Positions 14,321 to 25,230 of a stretch of 64,000 nucleotides of DNA are shown here, piece after piece (the first letter of the stretch is position 1; each line of letters opens with the position of its first letter). Below the pieces are notes generated by a model that did not search any database, was not told where the DNA came from, and saw only the letters and a list, made by a program, of their open reading frames with translations. The position numbers were made by a program, and so were the translations under genes. This stretch comes from Camelus dromedarius (lineage: Eukaryota): contig NC_087472.1 of NCBI RefSeq assembly GCF_036321535.1, forward strand, positions 100,752,001 through 100,816,000. Direction: 5' to 3'.

Positions 14321-15120
14321 AGGTATTATCATACAATTCCTTTATCTATAATTGCTGCCCAGATGTAATTTATCTTGGCAGTGTACAATTCAGATTTTCA
14401 GAGTTATGGGTGTTTTGCATGAATTCCAAATAGGCTTATCAGAACTGCTTCTTATTTAGAGAGTTGTGATATTTTTAAATATTGCCGCAATCTGTTCCTT
14501 TAGCTTGTATGTGCTTGCGTTTTGCATGTGTCTCAGTTTGACATCTAGCATGAGTCAATCGCAGAGCAATGGTAATTCCTTCTTTATTCCCTTCTGCAGG
14601 AGCTATAATCTGCCATTCCAAGACAAAAGTAAAACAAAGAATATACACTTACACATTCCCTCTCATGTCAAAGCACTGGGAAATGGGCAAAACTGATCTA
14701 GGCACAGACGGTGGAGTCCCCTTACAACATCATCACGAGGGTCTTGGCCCAGAGCTCTGTAACAGGTGAGCCTATGCTACGGTAAGATACTCCGGTCCTC
14801 TGGACTTGTTCAGTAAGGCCCTTCATTTTATGGGAGAGGAAACCAGGCCCAGAGAGGTTGAGTAGCCTCCCCAAAACCATAGACTTACTATTTGGTAGCC
14901 AGTACTCTTTCTACTGAGTCAAGGTAATCCAGTTCCACTCTATAAAGATAGCTCTAACACAATATATATTAAAGTATGACAAACTACATACACGAAACAT
15001 TAAGTCTACAGAGCTAGCCAAACAACTCAACAAACTAAGGAAGAAGGTTAACTTTCAATCAAACGGTCCTATGCCTACCCAGACTTCATTCAGTTTATCT
15101 GCTCCTTTAATAGTTCTTAC

Positions 15121-15300
15121 CCTTCCCTCTAGGTTTTAGCAGTTCCACACAGGTTCAAGGAGAACAGACTCTTAGATCTTCACTTCACTGGCTGCTAAAT
15201 CTCTCAGCCTGACTTGCAGGCTCAGGACACAACCCATCGTCACACTTATAGATCTTACTTGAAGAGAATTCCTCAGCCTCATCTGGAATTTTCCAGAAGT
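15121..15300 (-). other. Candidate PPEF1 non-coding first exon (5' end approximate)
   Basis: Directly downstream (minus strand) of the X-box; ends in donor AGG|gtaaga at 15120; synteny. Confidence 0.4.
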
Positions 15301-15324
15301 AGGCTCTAGAATGATTCTTTAATA

Positions 15325-15340
15325 GGTTGCCTTGGCAACC
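15325..15340. promoter_or_regulatory. RFX X-box palindrome GGTTGCCTTGGCAACC
   Basis: 7-bp inverted arms around TT; fits GTNRCC(N0-3)RGYAAC. Confidence 0.65.
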
Positions 15341-15686
15341 CCACAATGGATGCAGATATGACAGTACCTGCCAAGAGAACGCGAACAACATAACCTGGAT
15401 GAGAGAACCACTTCCTGCTTACTAGAAAGGAAGGTTCCAGGTTCCTCAAGCTTTCTTTTTGCCACCATGGCCTCCCTGTCAACCATTTTTGTGTTCATGA
15501 ACATAAAAAACAAAGAACAGTTGGTTTCTTGGAGGAATATTGAAACTATTAACTAAAGCAAGGTGTGGGAAAGATCAATGGCTTTCTTTTCAAAACGCTT
15601 GTTAGTATTGTCTCAGATGACTAAGAGTTTATGGTGAAGACTTTGGAAAAGTTTTTAGGGAATTTTCTTTAAGAATACTTATTCTT

Positions 15687-15803
15687 GGGAGAGGGTATAG
15701 CTCAAGTGGTAGAGTGTATGCTTAGCATGCACAAGGTCCTGGGTTCAATCCCCAGTACTCCCTCTAAAAACATAAATAAATAAACCTAATTACCCCCCCC
15801 CAA
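15687..15803 (+). mobile_element. tRNA-derived SINE (camelid Vic-type)
   Basis: TSD AAGAATACTTATTCTT at 15671 and 15804. Confidence 0.9.
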
Positions 15804-15819
15804 AAGAATACTTATTCTT

Positions 15820-15860
15820 AACACAACACTGTAAATCAACTATACTTCAATTTTTAAAAA
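15820..15860 (+). mobile_element. 41-nt extreme 3' end of LINE-1
   Basis: AACACAACACTGTAAATCAACTATACTTCAATT.. resembles the end of the L1 at 11650-11682; flanked by a TSD. Confidence 0.75.
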
Positions 15861-16413
15861 AAGAATACTTATTCTTGTCTTGGTTTTATTCATATATTCA
15901 TTCAACAAATATTTGTTGAGCATCTATCGTGTGCCCGGTACTGTTCTAGACCCTGGGGATACACCAGTTAACAGAACTGACAAGGTCCCTTCCCTCATGA
16001 AGTTTATAGCCTAGCGGGGGAGGCAAAGGGTAATCAAATAATCATAAAATCATAAACATTAATCAAATAACCATAAAAATAAAAGTGAAATTACAAAGAA
16101 GTACGTGTATTACAAGAGTGAGTCAGGAAGTCAAGCAAAGGCTTCTCTGAGGATAACCTTTGAACTGACAGTGGGAAAGACAAATACTGATTACTCAAGT
16201 GAAGGTGCTGCTAGAGGAATGAAGTCAAGCATACACTTGAATTAAGGTTCAGGGACCTGGAGTAGATAACCCGAGTCTATGATCTGGGGACTTTCAAAGG
16301 AGAATCTAGGGTTTAATACAGGTCTTAGTTTACTAAATCTTTAGTTAGTATTTTTACCAGTATCCCAAAGAGGGCACAGTCTGTGAGTCTTATTTACATA
16401 AAACTCTCTAAAA

Positions 16414-16588
16414 CAGTGCTTCTCAAACTCTCATGTGCATATAGATCACCTGGGGATCTTGTTAAAACACAGATTCCTGGGCCCAGCCTCCAGAGGTTCT
16501 GATTCAGTAGGTCTAGGGTAGGGCCTATGAATCTGTGTTTCTAATTAATTTCCCAAGTGATGGTGAAGCATTACTTTGCGAGGCACTG
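16414..16588. mobile_element. MER5A (hAT-Charlie)
   Basis: CAGTGCTTCTCAAA...GGCACTG termini; TSD-like CTCTAAAA/CTCTACAA. Confidence 0.75.
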
Positions 16589-17769
16589 CTCTACAACAGT
16601 ACAATTTTTGTTTAAATCTCTATTTATTTTTCAATCCACTCTTTCATGACTTTTAAAGTCAAACTATATTCTACAACGCTTTTGTGATTTTTACGGTCAA
16701 TTCCGTAGGCTCAGCAGAACAAGAGAATGTTGTGATGTATAAATAAAATAATGCCATAAGCTCAAGATTTCAAATATTCGGAAAGAATGAGAGAAAAAAA
16801 CAATTATAAGTAAACTGAGGTATCAGTAATGTAATAACATTTCACTAATTTACCCCAATGAGGTGAACTGTTATTCTTACTTTGTAAGAAGTCTGATTTA
16901 CAGAGCCGTTTTAAGGAAATGTAACATAAATTGATCCGATGAACCAAGGACAGGAAATTTCTGTATGTTTAATGACCCTTTAACAGGTAGATAAGAGCTA
17001 TTTGTAATGAAGACTCACATTTTGAATGAAGCTCTGGATTTTATACTACATGAGATAAAAATAACCTCCGTGCCTAGGTCTCTGTGTTTCTTACTATGGA
17101 ACACAATTCTCACTGATATGCCGTGCTCCTGTTGGTGTGGCTACATGAAAGGGGCACTATGAAAACAAGTTGGTGAGAGATCCAAGATTATATTTCCTGA
17201 GGAGGTTGCAAAGTTAATACAGGGCCTGGAGCAAACTACTATCATTTTTAAAAATTAAAAATGAAGTCTCTGTGTATGGAAGAATAGAAGGATTAGGAAA
17301 GGGGACCAGGGGTAAATTCTTGCTATTTCAAGGAAATATCAGCTCTGCCACTTACAACCTGGGCACCTTAGGCAACTCACATAACTTCTCTGAACCTCAG
17401 TTTTCTCATTTCTAAAATGGGGATAATAATGTGTAAATGGAATAATCTAAGTGGAAAATCCTTCATAAACTATAAAGTTCTAAACAGATATTAGCTACCA
17501 TTTCTAAAAGAGGCTTACATTTCCTGAGTGGGTACACACCCTGGAGAAGAAATGTGGTCCAGTCTGTGGGTCAGGCTATGTCTCAGAGCATCAGAGAATT
17601 TGGTTCTAGAGTCAGCTTGCTTGGGGTAATTTTCCAGGCCCACCACTTAACAGCTGTGTGTGAGCTTGGGAAAATTACATAACCTCTCTATGCCTGTTTC
17701 TTAAAAACCAGGATACTAATAGCACCACCCACACTGGGTTGATGTAAGGAATAAACAGGTTCATACATA

Positions 17770-18295
17770 CTGTGGCAGCCACTAAGAGTTGCCTAGCCAA
17801 TATCCACTTTCCTTTCTTCCTTACCAATAAAGCCCCAATTCTGTTCTAGGTTGCAATGAGCTCAGCCAACAAAACTTGATTTGCTAGGATCCCTTGCAGT
17901 TAGGGGTGGTCATGTGACTCTGTTCTGGCCAATGAGATATAAGCAGGAATCCACTGGCTGAGGCTCCCAGAAAAGCCATTTTCCTCATAAAAAAGACAAG
18001 ATTCAGCTGTCAGAAGCCCTTTCCTTTCTGCCCTTCCCCCAGTCTGCCTGGAACCAAGACACAAGGCCTGGAGGAGGAGTAGCAGCCTTCTTGAGTGCAT
18101 TAGGAAGAGCGGCTCATGCTGAGAATGATAATGCAGAAAGATCCAAGGATGAGCCTGAGACATGAAGGATGATGTGAAGTTGCTTCTTTCCTGACTTAAT
18201 ATCACATGAGATAAAAGTCAACCCCTCTATGTTAAGTCCCTGCTATTTCATTGACCTTGTTATACACAGCCAGACACATTCTCTAACCAATACAC
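17770..18295 (+). mobile_element. MLT1-type LTR
   Basis: GGGGTGGTCATGTGAC..TTCTGGCCAATGAGAT motif; MaLR-like end. Confidence 0.6.
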
Positions 18296-18417
18296 TTGTA
18301 AAGCAATTTGGGTGGTGCCTGGCTTACAGTTAGTATTTAATAAATGTTATTATTTGCCCAGCATTCTGTTCCCTAACCAGGTGGCCAGCAAGTATTCCCC
18401 TCGATCCCTTGCAATAG

Positions 18418-19026
18418 TGAGACAGGAGGGAAAGGGGCAGGGCACAGCCGTTAAAAGAATGACACAACAATTAGCGCCAAGATGGTGGAAGATTCAACTC
18501 CCACAAGACCTTGAGCTTCAACATATACTCACTGAAATACAACAGCATGCTAAATGGCACTCCCACAGGCGCCAGGACAGTTTCAAGGCTGACTGTAAAA
18601 GGTCAAAGGGTGAGTGACAGCCCAGCTCCTAGGAATTCCAGCCCCTTCCCCAAAGTAGTTGGAGTAATCCTCCCACTTGTTAGCATATGAAGTTATGGAG
18701 CCCCTAAAAACTAGCAACCCCCACACCTCGTGACCACTCTCCCTTCTGAGTGAGACAGCCAGCACTCTGTCTATGGAGTATCTACTCTTACTTTAAACTA
18801 AGCACCCAACCCCCATACCTCGTGGCCTCTCTTGCCTTCTGAAACAGCCTGCACTCTGTCTATGGAATATGTATCTCTCAGAATAATCTACTTTTACTCA
18901 AGTGTGGCTCGCTCTTGAATTCTTACCTGCATGAAGCCAAGAACCCACATTTGGCAGGGCGTGTCCCAGGGATTCAATCGAGACCTGGGACATGGCCATC
19001 CTCTCAGCCCACATTTTCCTGTATCA
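18418..19026 (+). mobile_element. Solo ERV1 LTR
   Basis: TGAGACAGG...CCTGTATCA termini, TSD ATAG/GTAG, internal ~60-nt direct repeat (about 18718 and 18810). Confidence 0.8.
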
Positions 19027-22000
19027 GTAGCACCCCAATTTTCCTTTTTGAGATCAACCTCCCTATTCTAAGCCCTGTGGTTTGCATAGGATTGACACCA
19101 CCCTCCACTCTAAGTGTGAGCCTTGACTGACTTAAGCCAATGAGCAGGAGCCCACTTCCCAGGCAACAATGACTGCCCAGGGATGGGCACATAACACAGG
19201 CCTAGGCAGCCAGCACATCCTCTTCTTCTGGCAAAAGGCAATTTGGGGGGAGGAGGGCAAACAGCTAAAGACAGGCAATATGAGTAATCTCAGGGCTCCT
19301 ATTTAATCCAATCTATAGTCAAGTACAGTATAAATTCGTTTTTCCAAAAGATAATGATGAAAAAAATCACCTTTCCAAAAGAAAAGAACAGCAATAAAAT
19401 CTACAATTTGCAATTGTGTAAATTCATTCAAATTTCTCTTCCAAAAGAAAAAAACCCAGCCAGCTGAAACTGTTTTGTTTTTGTTTTTTGTAAACACGTC
19501 CAGGAGAACGCCTTTAAGAACAGATGTGCATCTGGGTTTTAGAATGAACGTTGGACCCGGAGGCAGACACTGGAAACCTATGACTAATATTGAAATAATA
19601 TTCACAGACAGTTGTCATGGCAGCCTGCTCGGTCTGCACAAAATAGAACCCACTGCATTTTAACAGGAGTTAGCAGAGGAAAGCTGCTAGCCTGCAGACA
19701 GCCTCTAACTGAGTTAAACAACCTACTAATGGGTTTTAGTTTTATTATATATAGCCTTCAGACTCTACCCGAATTGTATCAAAAAAAAAAAATCACAAAT
19801 ACTTAAAAACACTAATAGAAACACATAAGATGATTCTGGTTTAACACTTTCACCACTCTCGAAATCTTCCCATTAGACTCGTGAGGAATAGCTTAGAGGT
19901 AAGTCCCATTGTGTGCAAAATGAATCCACTTGGAAATCTAAAGACAGTAAATTACGGGGAAGTAGAGAGAGTAGCCAGTTTCATTTCTGTCACCCATTAG
20001 CACTGGCTGGATGCCACTATCGGACATTTCCTTCTAAGCGGGGTTCTGTAGGAGTGAGGCTCAGTTTTATAGTCCCAGGGGAATGACTTTAGAACCCGGA
20101 GGCATCTCAAGACATATAAACAATGGAGAAGAAGACAAAGTATTTTCAGCTGATCTGTTTCTCTCTTGAGTGGCTATCTATCAAATCTAAGCTCACTGAA
20201 TGTGACTGCAGGTGATTTTGTAGATTATATAGAGCAGGCGTTGAGAGGAATATCACGCGAGCCTATCTTTCCTATTAGACAGGCTTCTGCGTAACACCCT
20301 GCCCCTTTCTGCCTTCTCCTCTTCTTTAAGAGAGAAAAGATAGGGTCTAATTAAAATTAAGTAACATCCAAAGTTAGGAAAACCACACCAGCCATTATAA
20401 TCCATTAACATCTTGGAACAAATTAGTCCTTTGGGTTAATTAATGTTTTTCAAACTCCTTAAGATGGGGCCATGTCATACACTTAAAAAAAAAAAAAAAA
20501 CCCTCCCACACTACCCAACACCGTGCTCCTAGGCATAACGCAGGCATGTGACAATAAACAATTTCAATCAAGGGACTGGGACACTGAGGCAGTCCTTCAG
20601 TAGCTAGTGGGCAGAAGAAAGACATTGTCAAAATGGTATAGGAGATAGCTAAGGGTGAGAAATACAGAAATACTGAATCAGTAAGGATTGTATTTTCCCT
20701 TATGTAAATGAAACTCCCAATAAACAGTGGCACTGAAAATTAGGGGTTGTACTTTTCACATGTTACAAGGAGTCTGGAAGTAAAAATCTGGGGCTGGGAC
20801 CCAGGCACCTTCCTTCTTTCTGCTGAGCCATGGAGCTTTCTTCTTCATAATTGTCAACTCATGGTCACAAAATGGCTGCTCTCGCTCCGGCATCACATTT
20901 GCATTCCAAGGAGAAAGTGAAAAACGAAGGGCAAAATGGGGCATACCAGCTGAGTCTACCACCTTTTAAAGAAATGGCTTGGGAAGCCCACCTACTTCCA
21001 TGCATCTCATTGGCCAGAATTGTGTCACACAGTCTCTTTTAGCTGTCAGGAAGCCTAGGAAATCAATCTGTTTTATTTGGACACATTGCTAAGTCAAAAT
21101 CAGGCAGTGCAGTTTAGAGGTTAAATATAGCCTATGGAGCCACATGGCCTGGGTATAAAACCCTGCTCCTTTATTTAACTAGCTGTGTGACCTAGTCAAG
21201 TTACCTCACTATTCTGTGCCTCAGTTTTCTCATCTGTAAACTAAGCACAGAAACAGAACCTTTCTTATAGGGTTCTTGTGAGGATTAAATGAGTTAATAT
21301 GAGTAAAGAGTTTGAAGAGTCTTTTATACATAGCAAGTGTTGTACAAGTGCTTAGTCTTCTTATTTTCATTATTGACAAAAAGAAGAATGGATATTGAAC
21401 AAGCAACTCACAGTACCTGCCACAGATGTGCTGCCCACTCCATAGTTCGGCTGCCCTGGCTGCTGCGCTCCCGGGAAACAGCGCCCTGCTGCACCTGAGA
21501 ACTGGTGGCTCCCCGGGAGGCTAGAGCACCAAAACCCTGACCTACCAGGAGTGGTGAGTCCCACGACCATCAGCCTCTTTCCTCATTTCCTGGGGACTGA
21601 GGGCAACCGAAACTTCCACACGTCCAAGCCACTTGGGCACTGCTGGCAACTGACGATGCCCATCCATTTTAGACATGAATCATCAGGACTCCTTCTGTCT
21701 CAAGTGGCAGTAAACCCGACTCCAGCTGGCCCAAGCAAAACTGGAAATGCACCCTTCCAATCGCTGAAGAGCCAATGAGTGTACTGAAGGCCTAACATGG
21801 TGGAGGCCTTAAATGGTAGCACCCGGTCCCTCTGTTTCTCAGCTGTAATCACTTGCTGTTGGCTCCATTCTCAGGTTCAGGCAGGCAGCGGGTGTCTTTC
21901 AGGCTTTGTGGTCACCTACGTGAACTTCTCAACATCCTCTCTATGTTAGGCTAATTCCCCACATTTGTCTCTCCGAAGGAGAAACAAGAAATATGCTTTT

Positions 22001-22839
22001 CCAGCCTCTCTTATAGCAGGAGCACAGGTGTATAACCAAGGCTCTCCCAAAGACCTGAATTTAGAAGAGAGCAACACGAGGAGTCAAGGGGTTATGAAAG
22101 CCATCTTCCACCAAAGTTAATGGCAGAAGGGTCCAGTCTGCAGAGACAGCAGTGACCATAGCCCTGAAATGAGACTTAGACATTATTTCTGGCTTTGGAG
22201 TCTCCAAGTCTTTCACGGAGAGCCTGTGGGCCTCTGAATATCCTTTAATAGACTCATTTTCTTCTGAAACTAGTAGGAGTGTTGAATCAGCAGAGGTGAC
22301 ATTACACCCAAATCTTAGTGGCTCTGGCTTATCAAGGTTTATTTTCCATTCCTGTTCCACGGCCAGCACAGGGCAGCTGCAGTCCTGTAACATGCAGTCT
22401 TCCCTCTAAGACTCAGGCCAACCTTTCTCGGGGGCATCGTGGGTCTCAGAGCAAAGGGAAAACATCAAAGCAGTGAACCACAAGCTGGCTCTTCACACTT
22501 GTGCTTGGAAGTGATGCATATCACTTCTGTCCACGTTCAGTTGGAGAAAGCAAGTCATTCAGTCGAGCCTATCAGTGGGGCAATGGTGTAAGAATCCTCC
22601 ATGGGAAAGAGCAGCAAATATTTTGGACAAGAAGGTTCTGCTGTAGGCAACTAAGAGCCTCATCTAATACAGTGCAATAGTAAGATGGCAGCAGAACCTC
22701 CAGCCTCTGGGTTACCTCACGTTCAGTCCAGGGTGAACAAAGAAATGTCTCTTCTCAGAAATTCATGCAAAAGGCCCAGGATTAGCTCTAACTGGGACTG
22801 ACTGACCTGGCTTGAGTCATCTCTAACCTGGAACAGATT

Positions 22840-25230
22840 TATTCAAGACATATTTATTGAGTGCTTACTATGGACTAGGCACTACTTAGGTTCTGTGGAA
22901 TTTAGCAATAAACAAAACCAAATTCATGCCTCCATGGAACTTGCATTCTAGTTGAGAATGATGAGGACAATCAACAAAATAAGTAAATATCTAGAAAATT
23001 AGATGGCTATAAGTGCTGTAGAAAAAATTAAGCAGGGAAGAGGGATACTGAGCTCCAGGATGAAGGGGAAAGAAAAATAGCAATTTTGAATAGGGCAGTC
23101 AGGAAAGGCCGCGCTGAGAAGATATTTGGGAAAATACCTGGGCAAGGTAAGAGGGCAAGCAATGAGGTGACCTAGGGAAAAAGCAAAGGTCCTGAGGCAG
23201 AAGAGGCCTACTGTGTTTGAAGAACAGCCAGCGGGCAACTTTTGTCTTCTAAAGGCAATGGAATAGGATATATGATCAAAGAGATAATAAATGGGAGATC
23301 AAATCATGTAGGGTCTTGCAGGCCCTGTAAAGCTTTGGCTTTCATTCTAGTTAAGGCGAGGAGTGACTGAAGGGTTTTGAGTAAAGGAGTGACATGATCT
23401 AACTGAGGTCTTAAAAGGATCACTCATGCTACTGTGTGGAGCATAGTCTGGGAAAAAAGGGAAGAAGCTGGAAGGCCAGGATATGAGATTCTTGGCAATG
23501 ATCCAGACAAAAAGTCATGGTGGCTTTGATTAGTATGGTAGCAGGGGAGATGACAGAAAGTGATTAGATTCTAGATAGATCTTGAAGGTGTACCCAATAG
23601 CACTTCCTAGTGAAATTAGATTTGGAGGGTAGGGGAAAAAAGAATCAGGTATGATTTCTTCCATTTTCTTTCTACATTTTAGGACTAAATAACTGGAAAG
23701 ATAAAGTTTCCATTATCTGAGATAAGGAAAATAAGGGAGACAGAGAAAGGAGAGGGGGTGGAGATGGAAGTTTAGATACAGACTTAATTGGATTGAGATA
23801 TCTATTAGACACATAAATGGAGATGTTTAGTAGGCACATTTGGAGTTTTGAGAAAAAGTATGGACTAGAGATATAACTTTGGAAGTCATGTAGGCTACAG
23901 ACGGTATTTAAAGCCATTAGATTGAATGAGGTCACCAGAGTGGAGAGAACAGGGAAGTCTAAGAGCTGAGGCCTGCAGTACACCCAGGTTTAGAGATCAG
24001 AGACGAGATCCAGCAAAGGTAACTGAGAAGGGGTGGCTGGTAAGGCAGGAAACAAGAATCAGGAGAGGGCAGTACCCTACAAGCTGGGAGGGGAAAGTGC
24101 TTCCAAAGGGAGAGAAACAGGAGAGACCGCCTATAGACACATTTTCGAAGAGTTTTGCCATAAAGGAGAGTAGAGAAATGGGAGCAGTTGAGGCGGAAAT
24201 GAGATTAAGAGATTATTTTTTTAATGATGAGAGAAATTACAGCATGTTGGCTTGCTGATGGGAAATGAGCCAACAGATAAAGTACATAATGATGTAGGAG
24301 AAAGTGGGGGGGAAGTGCTGGAGCGCTTCCCTTGAGTAGGCAAGAGCAGCTAGAAGGCTGGGTTTCAACAGCAGTGCAGACAATTTATCTAGGGCAGGAT
24401 TTCTCAGCCATGGCACTCCTGACATTTGCAATCCAATTATTTTTTGTTTTGGATGGCTATTCTGTGTACTTAAGAATATTTCACTGCATCCCTGGTCCCT
24501 ACGCACTAGACGCCAGCAGCATACTAACCCCATGACCCCAGTCATGACAGTCCAAAGCATCTCCAGACATCACCTAATAGTCCCCAAGATTTTGTCCCCC
24601 CACGGAACATTTTGGGTTGTCACAACTCAGGGAATGGTGTTATCGGCATCTAGTGAGTAAAGGCCAGGGATGCTGTGAAACATCCTACAACACACACGAC
24701 AGCCCCCATGACAAAGAGTTACCCAGTCCCTAATGTCAACAGGGCTGTAGTTAAGAAGCCCTGATTTAGAGGCAGAGTCCTGGTCCAGATCTATGAGGGC
24801 ACAGATGTAGGTAAGTGAGCAGATGTGGAGGATACCTATGGAAGTTCTCTTCTGATTGCTTCCATTTATTTCACTGAAATAAGGAAGCAAGGTCATCAGC
24901 TATAGGTGAGGTTGGGGAAGGAGGTACAGGAAGTTTAGAAGAGAAGATTGAAAACTGTCCTTTAGGAGAGGTGGAAAATGAATGGACAGGGAGGGTCGAC
25001 AGGATTCTGGGCTGCATTAAGGACACACTTGACGTCCTTAGTCAAGAATTTAATGTGAAACCAGTAGGCCTGAATATGTTCTTCCCATATTAAGGGGCAG
25101 AGTAGGGAGAGAGTTAGATTTAACAGGTTGTGGTTTTGCCAACAAGCACAAGCAACAAAGGGGCAAAGGAGTGATGAAAATGACCACAGAACTGGAGCTG
25201 GATAAGACAGAGGGATGTAAGCGACTAGGA
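22840..25230 (+). mobile_element. Extended LINE-2 remnant interrupted by a MER20 pair
   Basis: ATTTATTGAGTGCTTACTA start and long purine-rich L2 motifs. Confidence 0.65.
24395..24763. mobile_element. Inverted pair of MER20 (hAT) copies
   Basis: Reverse copy ~24395-24585, forward copy ~24587-24763. Confidence 0.75.

Noticed and set aside
1..15120. PPEF1 coding exons
   Set aside because: I could not find the expected MGCSSS start or IQ-motif exon; they probably lie left of the window, so PPEF1 is inferred from synteny only.
15687..15760. tRNA-like sequences at SINE heads (also ~7070, 10812, 36860, 40902)
   Set aside because: These are tRNA-derived SINE heads with tails and TSDs, not tRNA genes.
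15671..15876. Repeat-spacer-repeat pattern superficially like a CRISPR array
   Set aside because: Mammalian DNA; the spacers are retroelements and the repeats are target-site duplications.
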